Below, one piece after another: positions 1-15,000 of a stretch of DNA of 64,000 nt; the first letter of the stretch is position 1, and each line of letters starts with the position of its first letter. The position numbers and the translations under genes are program-made. The notes beneath the pieces were generated by a model. It did no database searches, had not been told where the DNA came from, and was given only the letters and a program-made list of their open reading frames with translations. The stretch is from Octopus sinensis (taxonomy: Eukaryota), in the NCBI RefSeq assembly GCF_006345805.1, contig NC_042998.1, positions 184,326,001 to 184,390,000 on the forward strand, given 5' to 3'.

Positions 1-48
1 AAAGCATTCCTAGATGAGAATTTCGAGGATGTCTTCCGAATACAGGAG
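1..48 (+). CDS. PATL1: PATL1 coding exon (partial) KAFLDENFEDVFRIQE
   Basis: Open frame ending GAG|GTATTT; phase 0 matches the next exon. Confidence 0.7.
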
Positions 49-3000
49 GTATTTATTTTCATGTGAAGTTATTTCTCTTTATATTTAACCTTGTTTATTT
101 ATGCATAATCTTCTTTCATCATAGCCAAACTGTACTAAGGGTATTGAGTTTGTCCAACAAAGGAATATTGCTTTAATTCTGCAATGTCACACATCTATTT
201 CATCAGTGACATTATTATCTCTTATATGGTGTTAAAATATAGCTTTTCATTTTATTGTTAACAATCCAGTCTTTAGTTCAACATTTATTTTTTTCTTTGC
301 TGACTTATTATACATTGTGAAGGTGTGTAGTTTTGTTTTTAGACTCGTGATTGTATTCCTAAAAAAAATCTTTTAACTGAAAAACATGTTGGGGTTGTTA
401 ATATGAAGAGCCTCTGATTATTAAATTAATTCCTGTCAAATCCATTCTTGTATGGAAATGTGGGCATTCTTTAAGGATATATAAGATTAATGATTTCCCT
501 ATAATAATTTTGCAGTGAAAATTTCCAGAACCTGCATGTTTGACAACAGAAGAATAATGATTTTTTAACCTAGTTAAGTATTATTCCACTTCAGTACCAT
601 TAGAATTATACATGCTATTAGTCAGATCCTAAAGGCATCTATAGAAATCTGGAAATGATCATAAGTGGTTACATTACCTGACAATATAGTGCATATGACT
701 TATTTTGTATTAATCTCATGTATAATTAAATTGTTATGTAAACTTATATGTTGAACAAAGTTTTTCTCTTAGCAATTTTTCATTCTAATAACAATATTTA
801 ATTTGTGCAATGGCTTATTCAGTATGAGAATCGTTTTATTGGGTAGAGTGTGTCTGTATAGCTATTATCTCTTTAAATTGTTAATGTTCTGCTTTACTTT
901 TCAGTATATAACTTAAATCAGTTGACTTATCTTTTAAGGTTTTGATTGAAATGTTAGAGCTCACTATTGATTGTTCTATGTATTGAGCAATAGGAATGCC
1001 CTATTTTCAAAATACCATGGGATATTTAGTTATGATCCTTTATGTTCTCAGTTCAATCCCACTGCGGTCAACATTGCTTTTCATCCTTTCAGGGTCAATA
1101 AAATGAACAGCTAAATACTTAGGTTGATTTAATCATATCTTTCTCCAAAAAAATGTGTATCCCTTCTCCCAATCTTAAAAATCAAGATGAGAAAATGTTG
1201 AAGTTCATTAGTCCTCATCAAAAAGAAAACTGTCTAAACGAAGGCTTTTTTATTTTCTATTTCAGGAGTTTCTGGAAGAAAGTATTTACAATCTTGTGGT
1301 TGATGATGATGAAGAGGAGGATGAGAGGCTTGATTTGTCTGAGAAGAGATTTAGTGGCAATACATCAGTCTCCAATTCAAGTTATGCTAAAGATGTACCA
1401 AAAGTAAGCAAGGCAGTGACCTTTGTAACATATGTAATTGTCCAAAGTAGTATTCAAAGTAGGGAACGTTTCTAGGGTCAGTCGCGTTGGAAAGATAATG
1501 TCTTGAAACAAAGGATCGTTGGATAAAGATCCTAGCTTTCCCCAAAGCTGATGGTTCTGATTATGACTCTGAATTTGAGAAGCTGAAATCTGCAAATAGT
1601 AGAATCTATGATTTATTATAGTATCTATAATTGTTTCATTGAATAAGTTAAATTCCTCTTCTGAACTGTTTACATGTAATCTTACACAGTAATATTTAAT
1701 TTTTTTTAATTTAGAAACCTATTAATCTTAATCATTTGTTTGGTCCATCATCTCCTCCTGGACTTTTGGATACTGAGCACTTGGTAAGATTATTATTATT
1801 ACTCTTATTATTATTATTATTATTCTTATTATTATTCTTATTTTACTCTTATTAGTATCAAAGGCAGTGGACTGGAATTTGTAGAGGACTGAACAAAAAA
1901 CAACTTAAATCATATTCTTCTACAATTGAAGTTCATGAACTGCCAATTTGTTGTTGCATTGGCAAACCCTATTCCTGAAGTTTGTGGTCTGTGCCAATGT
2001 TTAATCATTATTGGTACTATATTTTATTAGTTAGGTAGTTGTAACTCTTCAGCTGAAATATCTTCATTTACTGCGATGATTCTCATAAGAGTCATGACAA
2101 GTTACCATCTGCTCATCTCTTATTGCTTATATCAAGTGTTAATATTTTGGCAAAAGGTATCTGGAGTTGCTTATAAAATCTTGGTTGGGAATAGCTTCTC
2201 ACCTAATCATTATTAGAACCCTTTGACAACATCCTACTCTTGCTGCTACAGCAATGAGGGCAGGATTATTTTTATGAAACACAAACAAGGAAATCTCTAG
2301 AGACAAAAGTATATATTTTCTTAGGGATTGCCCCTTCCTTTTTAGCAAGTAAATACTGTGCCATTTGATCAACCACATTGTCTGGTGATGGTAAGTTGAG
2401 ATTTTATATCCTTTGGAAAACATTTCTCTGGATAAATAAAAAAATTTTTTTTTTTTACATGCCTTGTAATAATGAAATGTTTACAATGCTTGTGCTCAGT
2501 GGTAGGCTTGTGAAGAAGAAACTGAATTCATAAGATTTTTATTTCTAGTTGGTACTACACCATCTTTTTTTTCTTTTTTTTTTCTACTCTGCTTGTAGAA
2601 AAAATATGAATATCATATCTTCTTATTTCTCCTCCCTGAAGTGTAAATCTTAACTTCTAATCTAGTAATGAACATTAATGAAGTAAAATGTGGTGGTAAG
2701 AATGAACTTACAATCGATTAATGAAGTAAGATAATGAACTTACGATCAATTTCAAAATGCATGTGATATACTTCATTTTATGAAAGGCACGAAAAGCATA
2801 AGGTTTTGAATTCCTCTCCAATAAAACTTAAGGTTCCATGTCTGCTGTGAAAAGCTAAAGTATATTTCATATACTTTGTAAGTCGAAAACTTAACTGACT
2901 GAATTGTATTGTAAATTTAATTTTAATGAAGTAACAAGTAAAAATTGTCTTTTTTGTATTAAGTTAAATATATAAATGTAAATTGAGCATCAATGAATAA

Positions 3001-6000
3001 TGTATACAGAGAATATAACTGGAATAACATTTTCTCTGGGGCATCTTTTATCTTCAGCCACATCACTAGTACAGGCATGGTTGTGTGCTTGAGTTCACTT
3101 TGCAACTACGTGTTTCTGGGTTTAGTTGCACTACATAGAATCCTGGGCAAGTGTTTGCTACCATAGCCACTTGATTGGATTTTAGTCAATAGAAACTGGA
3201 AAGCTAGCTATGAATGGAACTAATCTTATTCGGAGTGATTGTCCATTTGTTTGCAAGCATTCAGTTTAGGCCACTGGTCTGAGGATAACTTTCCTTACTT
3301 CGACCTTTGGAAGTATGCTGTGCGTGAGAAGACCCGGCAGGACAAGTGAGACCACAACCCATGGCCTTAGTCCACTTATGCATACCTTTCTTTCTTGGGA
3401 CACAAAACTCTACTTGTGAAGATTGTTGAGGCAAGTGAAAATCAACATCAATGGAAATTGTAGCTATGATACCAGTGCCGCCCCGACTGGCCTCTGTGCC
3501 GGTGGCACGTAAAAAGCATCATCCGATCGTGGCCGTTTGCCAGCCTTGTCTGACACGTAAAAAGCACCCACTACACTCATGGAGTGGTTGGCGTTAGGAA
3601 GGGCATCCAGCCATAGAAACATTGCCAGATCAGACTGGGCCTAGTGCAGCCTCCTGGCTTCCCAGACCCCAGTTGAACCGTCCAACCCATGCTAGCATGG
3701 AAAGCGGACACTAAACGATGATGATGATGACTTGGAAGTCCTGAAAAAGATCATGTATGCTGCCCGTCATTGTCTGTTAACTATTAAAACTAAAATTTCT
3801 TGTGATTAGTTACTGTGGAGTGACACAGTCCACTGTTGTAAGTAGTTGTGGTTACAATAGTTCAAGTGGTTTGTCAAGTTAAATTTAAGTTCTAAGAAGA
3901 TAAGTGTCAGCTTTCTAATTATCTTAATTTTCATATATTACATAAAAATCTAGTCTTCACTGAATGATAGAACTAAATTTTGATCATTAACAGGTATTTT
4001 GAAATACATAAAGTGCTATAGTGAGCACTTTAGAAAAAGCTTTAAATCTACTCATACCAAAATATGCAATCTGTTAAAAATTAATGTAAAATGTGGTATT
4101 GAAAGAATCAAATTTATTTCCATATGGAAAGATTAATGCTGTATTTTTTTAAAGAATTTTGGTAGGGAAACTTGAATTTAAACATTTTGTATTCTAAGGT
4201 ATCACCAAACAGCCACAGTATTTGGTGGTCTCCTCCAGCAGAGATTTTGCAGCCTGGTAACACACAGCCCAAGCCAAATCCACCTGATAGTCTTCAGTCT
4301 TTCTTTAATTTTGCCAAATCAACTGGGCAAACTAGCCTTCAGGTAAGTAGATTGTAGCTATTTTCAGTTAAGGCAGGCTAATGCTGTTACTCTTAGGCAG
4401 TCTGTTATCCAAGAATTACAACTCTTGAACAAGAAAAGTTTATTAAAAGAAAATTCCTCCCAAATCTGGATATGCATCTTTTCATAGCATAATTTTAACA
4501 TTCACAGACTGAGGTCATTACACGTCTTTTGGAATGTTGAACATCCAGTGATTGTCATGGAATGTATTTTGATACCAACTGGTCTATCATCACCCCTGGT
4601 TCTATGATATAAACTTCTTGTTCAAAGTGAATTAAATTCAAACCAACCAATTTCATTGAAAACTGTACAGGTCAGTAAGGTGAGAGTTAACTATGAGTAC
4701 AATGAAGAATTTGGTGTACAGGTAGGTATTCATCAAGGCTCAGTTCTTAGTCCCCTCCTGTTCATTGTCCTCCAGGCCATAACAGGAATTCAAATTTGGG
4801 AGCTACTGTATGCTGATGATCCTGCCCTCATAGCAGATTCTATATCAGGGCTAGAAAAGAAAGTTCAGGTGTTGAAGCAAAACCTGTAATCTAAGAGCCT
4901 TAAGGTTAACTTGGCAAAGACTAACGTCTTAGCAAGAAGACAGACAAGACCTTATCCCCCTGGTGAGTGGTTCTGCTCATAAGTCTAATTGAGCAGGCCT
5001 ACAGGGAATACAACTGTGACCATTGCATATTTTTGTGCATCTAGGACTACATTATTTAATGTGTCCATCTTGTAAGATAGTAAAATGTCATTTGTAGGAA
5101 TCTGATCATTACTTGTGGTAGGTCAAGTGATTGAATACGGGGTCATCTTACCAAAATTTACTTTGCTGAAGTAGACAATGGCTGATATGTTTGATATACC
5201 ATTTAATGGTTACTGGCTATAGATACATTCCAGCTCTGATTGTTTTATACTGGTTCATATAAGAATGGTTAGTAATAGCCAAGAATGTTATTGTATAATT
5301 ATGAAAGGATAGTGTTCAGAGTTAATTTGAGGATTTTTTTTTCTTTGTCATCTGCTGCATTTCTTTGCAGATTAAGTTTTGAAATCTCGGTATGTTATAC
5401 AGGTCTGGTATTTTGTTTAACCTTTTCCTTACTATGTTGCTAACCAAAGTACACCCTTTATGTCTCAGTAAAATTCTAAAATAATCATGAATTTAGACTC
5501 GTTTCATAACTTTTATTAATCAGCATAGTGATTTTTGGAACACAGTTTAACAAAAGGTCCTTAAGCAAATCAATTTCATAGTTTTTGTCTCAAAGTGAAT
5601 CTAATTACAGGTAAATACAATGAAATATAGAATTAAGTTTTGTATAAACACCAGCATGGAAAATAAGTTATCAGCTAATATTCAATGAATATACAACAGA
5701 ATTTTAATATGGAAGCATTGTGCAAATTACTGGATTATCTATCATTTGAACTTAATGTACATAAATAAGACAGGTGTACCATAAAAGTAAAACAACGATA
5801 TAGTGGAATTTAAATAGATGTCATGAACTAAATGAAATTAATTCACATGCATACATAAATACACAGGAACACATACACTAATGATTAACAATACAAATTA
5901 ATCAAAATTTGTCGCATGCCTTACAGATTTGTAGGTGAATAAAAAAATAAAAATATAAATTTGAAAATATTTACAAATTGAATTTACACACGCACATGCA

Positions 6001-9000
6001 CAATATTCTTGAAAGTGTTCAGATTTCTTTCTTCCAAGTATGTAGGAAACCTCAAACTGTTTTTTCATCGTTATGTTGTAAGAATTCATTTCAGTTTTGA
6101 AACATAGTGAAACATTTCAGAAAATCAAAGTGGGGGGGGGGAATCTCCAGAAATTTGCAGTACTAGGATATCATGTAAAATAATGTTGGACACTGCAACT
6201 CAATTGTTTGCATAGTGAAATTGTGTGTTTTTGCAAATGTACTAACGAAATTTGCACTGAAATATGAATAGGCCATTTCAAGTGGGTATGACAGTTTGGT
6301 AATATTAATGAAAATATTTTTGGGGCATCTACAGGTGGTCTGGTAATGAAAAGGTTAATGACATAATGGTACTGCAAGTTCAACATATTCTCCATTTATC
6401 TATAGTCTAGTGATTTACATTCTTAACCAAATTATTCCTTTTATGCTTATTGCCTTAATTAGTTTAACCCTTTAGCATTTAAACCAGTCCTATTCGGCCC
6501 AAATCAGCCAGATCCAGCTCTTCACACCTACCCTACAATATCATTCTAAAAATAAGCAATCCTATCATTGAGATCTTGAAGTTGCAAGATAATGCATAAT
6601 TAATTTTTAAAAATGTGTCATTACTTTTGATAAATTAATCTGAATGCTAAACGGTTAATGAACTGTATTCTAATAGTTCTTGTTTCAATACTGTCATATA
6701 ATATTTCACTTGCAGAATTCAAAACAAATGATGCAGTCATCTCGCAGCATAACAAGACCTCATACACTGGCAGAAGTGGAAAAGAAACTTTTCTCAAACG
6801 CTAATGTTGTAACTGCAGAAGAATTGGAAAGGCATATGAGAGGAGATGTTCCTACATCAAGTAACCAAAATTTGGATCATGTGTCTCCATTTTCAATGGC
6901 TGCGCCCATTCCTCCTGTTGGTTCAGCGCCTTCATCGTTTACATCTCAGGTGTTTAATAATGCACATGATGTAAGTAAACAAGCTTTTTATCTTTGTCTC
7001 TTTTACATGTGTATCCAGTCCATGCTGTAATATGGTTGATTTAAAGAGCATCCAGCTGTAAAAATCATGCCAAAGCAGACATTGGAGTCAATGCATCTTT
7101 GGGCACATTGGTTCCTGTCAAACCATCAAACATATGCCAGCATTAAACATGGATATTAATCAATGATTATGTGGTTGAAAAGTTTGATTCCCAACTGCAT
7201 GGCATTTTGGGTATATTTTCTTTTGTAGCCCAAGGCCAACCAAAGACTTCTGAGTGGATTTAGTGATGTGTGTGTGTGTGTGGATGCATCTCCTTGTGTG
7301 GACATTGTGTGATAATTGTAAAAGAGTGTCATTGTCATACTGGTAGTGTCATTCATTTCCAATATTCTGCTAAAATGTCTAGCCACATGGTGATTATATA
7401 TATAAGAAAAGGAGTGTATTTCCATGCAGGAAAAAATAGAGAATTTGTTTTTGAAAATGCAACTGAATTTGAAAAGGTTACAATTGTTTTTAAAAGCATT
7501 TCATATGCACAAATGCAAGATAGCAGCAAAGTGCAGACAACTTTGTTGACCCTGCGGAGAACCTTGTGTTCTCTGCTGCCTGGACTATTGCTCCCAGTTA
7601 TAGTCACCACACAGTGCCAAACTCGCAGTGGAGCTTGAAGCACTACACCAAAAAGATTGAAACAGTGCAGCGGTTGAGCTGTAGGGATAGGCTGAGAAAG
7701 CTTCAGCTTTACTCCCTGGAGCGAAGGCATGGGAGATATGTAATAATATACATATGGAAAGTCCTAGAAGGGCTAGTACCTAACTTTGGCATCGAGTGTT
7801 ATACAAATGCCAGAACTGGTTGCCATTGTATTGTACCAAAGGTACCATCCACTCCGTCAAAACTTAGGATCAGGCATTGCAATAGTCTAGGGTTCAAAGG
7901 CCCACAGCTCTTCAATGGCCTGTCACAAAAATTAAGAAATTTGGATAAGGTGGAAGTAGATGTCTTCATAAAGGAACTAGCCATCCTCCTCTCCACAATA
8001 CTGGATGAACCAACAGCCCAACATGAGGTACAGACGAGGGCAGCTGGAACAAAGGTACATACAAGGGTGGTGATGTGAAATACCAAGACAGACTTATGCT
8101 TATTGTCCGATCCCCATATACTGCATTAATATTCCTCACACTTTCTTTATTGAACTCTTTCAGTAAAATATGTTGAATATGCTCCTTTGTCACTTCCATT
8201 ATATCTCTGAAAAAAATAACTGTTAAAATCAAACTGCACTCTTGAAAACTTGCGATAAGAATAAAGCCAAGGTAAAATTACTCCCTGTTTTTATAAGTTG
8301 ATGCAGGTAGTTTATCGCGTACCACTCAGCCTTTTAGTTCATGCAATTGAAAGAAAAACACATGGGACAACCTGATATTATGACAGTTTTTCAAGTTATT
8401 AACTACACATTGATCTTGACTAAAATGTTTAGTGACGTTTTTGGTGAAGAAAAAAGTGTTGTTTTTGAGCGTTTCAAAATTATCTAATTTTTGTAAAGGT
8501 TAAATTAGAAAATTTATCATGAAATTAATGGTCATACTTTACAATATCTGTGAGTACAATATCCCATAACTTGATATAGCGGTAATACAGAGAATGTCTG
8601 TGTGTGTGTGTGTGTGTGTATATTCTGATGAATATTACTTATTTTTACATTTATTTTATCAGACAAACAAAATGTCCGGAAGCTTAAATTCGATGCCAAC
8701 TATTGCTTCTATGAATGGCAGGGGTTCACCATGTTTACCGCCTGGAATCCTTCCCTCACAGCATCTGTTACAAAATGGTGGACCATCATCACAACTCTTG
8801 CAAGGAATGCAAGCACGACTTAGCAATGGTCATGGCCCATCGCCTATGCCTGGTAAGCATGTAGCAGTGTGTGTATATGTACATAAAATCTTTTGTTTTT
8901 TGTATTCCTTTTGTCTATAACTTTTTTTGAAAAATAAAAAAAAATTCCCCTTTATAGATAAAATCTCACTTGTTTGTCATTTTACTACCGCCTTTATTCG

Positions 9001-12000
9001 AGCAAATCAACTCCCAGGACTTATTCTTTGTAAGCCTAGTACTTATTCTATCGGTTTCTTTTGCCAAGCCACTAAGTTACGGGGACATAAACACGCCAGC
9101 ATCGGTTGTCAAGTGATGTTGGAGGGACAGACATACAAACATATACACACGCACACACATACACACGCACAAACACATACACACGCACAAACACATACAC
9201 ATGCTCAAACACATACACACGCACGCACACATACATACACACGCACATACACACACACACACATATATACGTACGTACATACATACAACTGGCTTCTTTG
9301 AGTTTCCGTCTACCAAATCCACTCAAAAGGCTTTGGTCAGCCTGAGGCTATAGTAGACACTCGCCCAAGGTACCACACTGGGAATGAACCTGGAACCATG
9401 TGGTTGGTAAGCAAGCTAGTTACCACACAGCCACTCCTGTGCCTATGAATTGTTAATTTTTCACAAAGACGTCCAACTATATATATATATAAAATATGTA
9501 TATCTAAAAATATAATCAAAATAACATAGCAAAAAAGGAATTTTGCACATTTTTGACGACCAGTTACAATTGTTTCATCATCACTGTTTTTAATGCCATT
9601 TCGTGCAAATGTTCCGTGTGAAAAGTTGTGTAATGTTGGTGCGCTCTTACATTGTGTGACCTATTTTACACTTCTTGCTTCCTCCCAATATAAGCAACAT
9701 ACTATGCTTGACAGTTGCATAATGTAACAGCGTGGAGGCACAATGGCCCAGTGGTTAGGGCAGCGGGCTCGTGGTCATAGGATCGTGGTTTTGATTCCCA
9801 GACCGGGCGTTGTGAGTGTTTATTGAGCCAAAACACCTAAAGCTCCACGAGGCTCCGGCAGGGGATGGTGGTGATCCCTGCTGTACTCTTTCACCACAAC
9901 TTTCTCTCACTCTTACTTCCTGTTTCTGTTGTACCTGTATTTCAAAGGGCCAGCCTTGTCACTCTCTGTGTCACGCTGAATATCCCCGAGAACTACGTTA
10001 AGGGTACACGTGTCTGTGGAGTGCTCAGCCACTTACACATTAATTTAACGAGCAGGCTGTTCTGTTGATTCGGATCAACTGGAACCCTCGTCGTCGTAAC
10101 CGACGGAGTGCTTCCAAATGTAACAGCACACCTTTTGATGCAAATCTGATGACTTGCCACTCTAATGCATGAAACTGCAACTATTATGTAACTTCACATG
10201 GAATTTTGCTATGGCATTAAAAACGGAGTGGTACTGAAACAATTGTAAATTGTCATTAAAAATGTGCTAAACTCTTTCTTTCTTATTTGAATTATACTGT
10301 ACTTTTCACTTGACCTACACATTGGATGTAGCAGTGTGATATCTGGATTTTCTACACCAGCAGAATTTAGATCCTCCTTGAGATTCCAATTCAAGAGTGT
10401 AGATAGTCTGTAGCTAGAGAAGTAAAAAAAAAAAACAAAAGCCATTATCCTTTGACTGGTTCAGACCTTTTCTATTATTTCTCTATTCAGGAATGCATCT
10501 TGGTATGAATAGGAATTCAACACCAACTGGTCACAACCAGCCATCTCAGGCAGCAATTGATGCCCTTACAAAACAAAGGTTACCTTATCCCTGCAATTCG
10601 CTCATTGGTAAAGTACTTTATGTTCATATGTTCTCTTCAGTATGTATGTCACATTGTTCTTCATGCTTGCCCAGCAGATTGAAATGCTTACATTCATGGT
10701 CTGTCTTTCATGCTACATCTATCTCTTGTATGCTTGTGCAGACATACCTATTAGCAGTCCTTGTGCTCTCTTAAACCTGCCTGTGTTTTCTTATTCTTGA
10801 TGGTCCTAAAGGAAACTAGGTGCAGATGAATGACTTGTGAAGGTTGTACAAGCTATTTATACTGATGCAGTGAATCAATAATGATTTTCATGACTGTTTA
10901 ACATGAAATTAAAAGTTCTTCATGATCCTACTGGCTGTTCATGGGAACTATTATATGCTGATGATCTTATTCTCATAGTTGAATCTGTAGTGGAATTAGA
11001 AAGGAAATTTCAGGCATAGAAACTCAACCTAAAATCAGAAGCCTCTAGTCAAACTTAGCAAAGACAAAAATTTTAGTAAGTTGGAAAGAAATGAAGCTAA
11101 TATACTCTGTTGGATGTGCAGTGCAAGTAAACATGAACAACAAAATGCATGTGTTGAGAGAAAAATTATGCATAAGAGGACTTGGTTATAGTGTGCAGAC
11201 AGCTGTATGTCAGTTGCTTGATGTGTATGGAGCTTGTGGAACAGGGAGATCCAGGAGGACATGTGATGAAGTGGTGAAGGTTGATCTAAGAACCTTGAAG
11301 CTCACAAAGAATACAGAAGGCTGGGATGACTGGCAATATGCAGTTTTCAAGAAGACCTCCCTATCTCAGTGAAACTGAGAATCTGGAAGCAGTGTGTGTG
11401 TGTTTGTATTGATGTGTAATTGGGTCTCCTGTCTAATTTCTTGCTCATGCATCTCCTCTGACTGCAGTATTCTGCTGCTACCATTTAATTTGAGAGGCAC
11501 TGCATACTTCACTGACTTCTTCCCGATAGCCATGTGGCTCCTCTGCATCAACAAACCTATTGTTCTGCCCCGTTTCACATACTTGAACCCCTCGTCTCCT
11601 AGCATTAATTTTCCTTCATCTCTACTGTAGATCCATGTAGCTGGAAGGGGTCTTGGTCTTGCAAACTGCATGTTGACCTCACCAGTGCAGGTGCCACAAA
11701 AAATAGTACAGGGTTTCCCAGAAAGATTTACCCTTTGATATTTCTTAATTATTCAAAATTAACTTAAGGTAGGATAATGGAATTTGGCACACACATTCTA
11801 ATGTAAATTGTTAATCTATTGCAGTAATTACATTTCAAAATGATTACCTTTCATCTTCATCATAGTCTGCAAACAAGTAGCCACTGAGTTTCAGGAGTGC
11901 CATACCACCTTTTCATCCAACTTGACCCATGAAGACAGAAGGGCTTTCTTCAGATCTGATACATTTGAATAGAAGAGAGCAGAAACATTACTCTCTAAGG

Positions 12001-15000
12001 TTGACTAGATAGCAAAGTCCATGGGATTGATGTTGCCTGGGCTTGGGGGAGGCCATATCACGTCCCAAAAACTGCTGAAATGCTTTTTGCACCACCTCTG
12101 TGTATAATTGGATGTATGGTCTGGAGCCTCGTCTTCAATGAAGATGTAGTGGTCACCAAAGATTTCTATGACCCAGAGTAATGCTTTCTCATCCAACATT
12201 TCCACATATACTTCACTGTTGACCTTGATGCCAGCATCGATGAAGGTCAAGGAAGACTTGAATTTGAACGCATCAGATGCAACTATGTCCCACACCATGA
12301 GTGAAACTGGCTTCTGATGGCGTAAATGACTCCTGCATTATGTGCATAAAGCCTGCCTATCTGCCTGTTGATTGCCTCCATAGTGAAGATCTTCTCGTTG
12401 GTCTGGATTGACTCTTTGTTAGTGGCATGCTTCATCTCAACCAACCTGGTTTTACCTGTCAAGCTGTTTCTGCCTGGAAGCTGCTGAAATTAACTGCCGA
12501 AAGTGTTTCTTGTATGCAGTTAGCTTTAACTCATCTTTAAAAATCCTGTGCATTGACAAGTTCTAAATATCAAGAGCTTTGGGATTTTTTTTTCTTTCTC
12601 ATTCCTGTAGTGATTTCTGTTCATTCACTTAAGTTTGTTTGGTATGAATTGATTGTTTCCTAGCAAGAATTGACTTACTAAAGGTAGTGGACTCCATATA
12701 TCGTTTTCAGATATTGAACACTGTTTTACGGCACACATTCAACTGTTTTATTATTTCCTTCTGGCTCACTCTTTCAAAGCAACAATCTGGTCACGTTTTG
12801 CTTTTGACACCATGTTTGTTTACAAAAGTATTATAGATGAACAAAACAATAGACATATATGCAAATCTTTATATAAAATATAGGTAGTATTACCTAAACT
12901 GATATTCTTTCGGAAGAGTTTTAAACATGGCTAAATATTTCTGGGATACCCTGTATGTAAAGTGGTTGGCATTTGGAAGAGCATTCAGCCACAGAAACAA
13001 TGCCAAAACAGACATTGGATCATGATGCAGTAGTCAGACCTGTCATCCTGTCAAACAGTCCAATCCATGCCAGCATGGAACACGGACATTAAATAGTGAT
13101 GAGACTTAGTTTCTTTTTCTCTTTAATATGGTGTAAATAGAAAAATGTCGTTTCTGCAAGAATTTCATTGACTTTTGTAGCAATAACAAGTATAGCTAAT
13201 TTCCACAAAGTTTGTATTAAAACCAACTGAAATATCTAAAAGAAACTGTTTTGAAATTTGAATTTTGAATTATTTTCTTAGGAAACCTTGCAAGGAATCA
13301 TCCTGTGCCCAGATTTCCACCAAATTTGATATACCCTCCAAATTTAATGAGAATAGTTGGCTCATCAGTTCCTAATATTAATGGACAAAGGTAAGTTATT
13401 TTCCTATTACATTCTGATAAAATCTTGTCAGTTATTCTTTACAACCACTCGGTTCAAAGACTCTCTTGACCAGAAATGGCCTGAACTCTTTGCATGAACA
13501 CCCTCCATGTCTCCCTACATGGCCTTGTTTTTGCTTTTTGAACCAAAAAATTAACAATTTAATTCTAAGTCTTTGATAATGATGATGTGTAGAATCCCAG
13601 GTTGGTTTAATCAGAGCAGACCTTGTGATGGTGGAAATAAAAAGTTTGATGGAAGCAAGGCGATGTTTTTACATGGAACTGTTGTGATTATTAAAATGTT
13701 CTAGACTTGTTTATTGGGTTTCAATTTAGTTATTGTTCATTAATATCTTCATTTAACAAACCAAAATGTCAAATTAGCCTCTACTGTTTGCATTAAATTC
13801 TTTCTTTTTTTAATTCCTGATTCTTTTTTTTAGAATTCCTCATCCAAATGACAATGTCAGGATTCACAGACCACCTCATCAAATGCGTCAATTTAATAAG
13901 TGAGTTTTATTTGTGTTTATATTGTTTCAGTAAACAACAGGTGCAGGCATGGGTACATGGTTAAGAAATTTTCTTCCATACCATGTGGTTTTGGGTTCAA
14001 TCCCACTGCATGGCACTTTGGATGAGTGTCTTCTATTTCAAGCTGACCAAAGCTTTGTGTGTGAATTTGGTGGGTGGAAACTGAAAGAAGCCTGTTGCGT
14101 GCATGTGTGTGTGTGTTAGTGCATTTGTTTAATTTTATTCTATGACCTTGTCCACTTGTTTGTGCCTTCAAGGGCATGGAAAATAAGAGACTGTACTTGA
14201 AAAACATATTGGTTAGTGGTTAGAAGTGTGTGGAAAAATGGATTTAAAATGAACAAACTCTAAGTAACAATGTCAGTAATAATTTAAGTAGTTCACATTT
14301 TTATTATAAAATCTTGAAACATCAAGTTAATAAAAATTGCTGTCATCCATACATGCAGGCTTGTTCTTTATAGTTTCTGATGCCACATAAAATGCACTTG
14401 TGCCAGCACTGTAAAAACACCTGTTCTGGTGGCACATAAAAAGCACACAGCACACTCTGTATAGTGGTTGGCATTAGGAAGGGCATCCAGCTGTAGAAAC
14501 CATGCCACAACAGACAATTGGTGTCTGGACAGCTATCAAACTGTCCAACCCATGCCAGCATGGAAACGGACATTAAACGATGATGATTATAAAATCTGTC
14601 CAGGTTAACTTCACTATGTGCAGAAATGAAATAAATTATATGAATTAATGGTAGTGATTCTCATATTATATTTATGAATCAGATGGAACTGATGAGCCTA
14701 AGGCAGTGGCTGAAACCAAACATTATCTTAGTTTAATAAGTTCAACAGTGAATCTTGTTTATAGAAATAGTAATAAGACAGATGTTTAGTCTTGTCTCAA
14801 CTGTTGCTGTTAATTTAGATACTGAATAAAAATCATATGTTCCAGTAGCTTAGTGGATTAAGTCATTGCTCTCTTTCACTTATAAAATGTTTTTAGTTGT
14901 AAAAAAAATGTGGACATACTCTAGAGGTAGTTAATTTAAAATAGACTTTATTTTGTTGTTTATATTTTATGGAAAGGAAAATGTTCATTTATTTACAGCC

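Noticed and set aside
8927-9345. His/Thr and Cys/Val-rich ORFs
   Set aside because: Translations of a (CA)n-type microsatellite inside a SINE.
9732-9810. tRNA-like sequences (also near 29320, 48000, 55580 and 61885)
   Set aside because: They are SINE heads continuing into SINE bodies, with no complete cloverleaf.
14686-14725. CTGATGA-gcc...ggc-t-GAAAC hammerhead-like core
   Set aside because: Extra base before GAAA, and no stem III complement, cleavage triplet or stem I.
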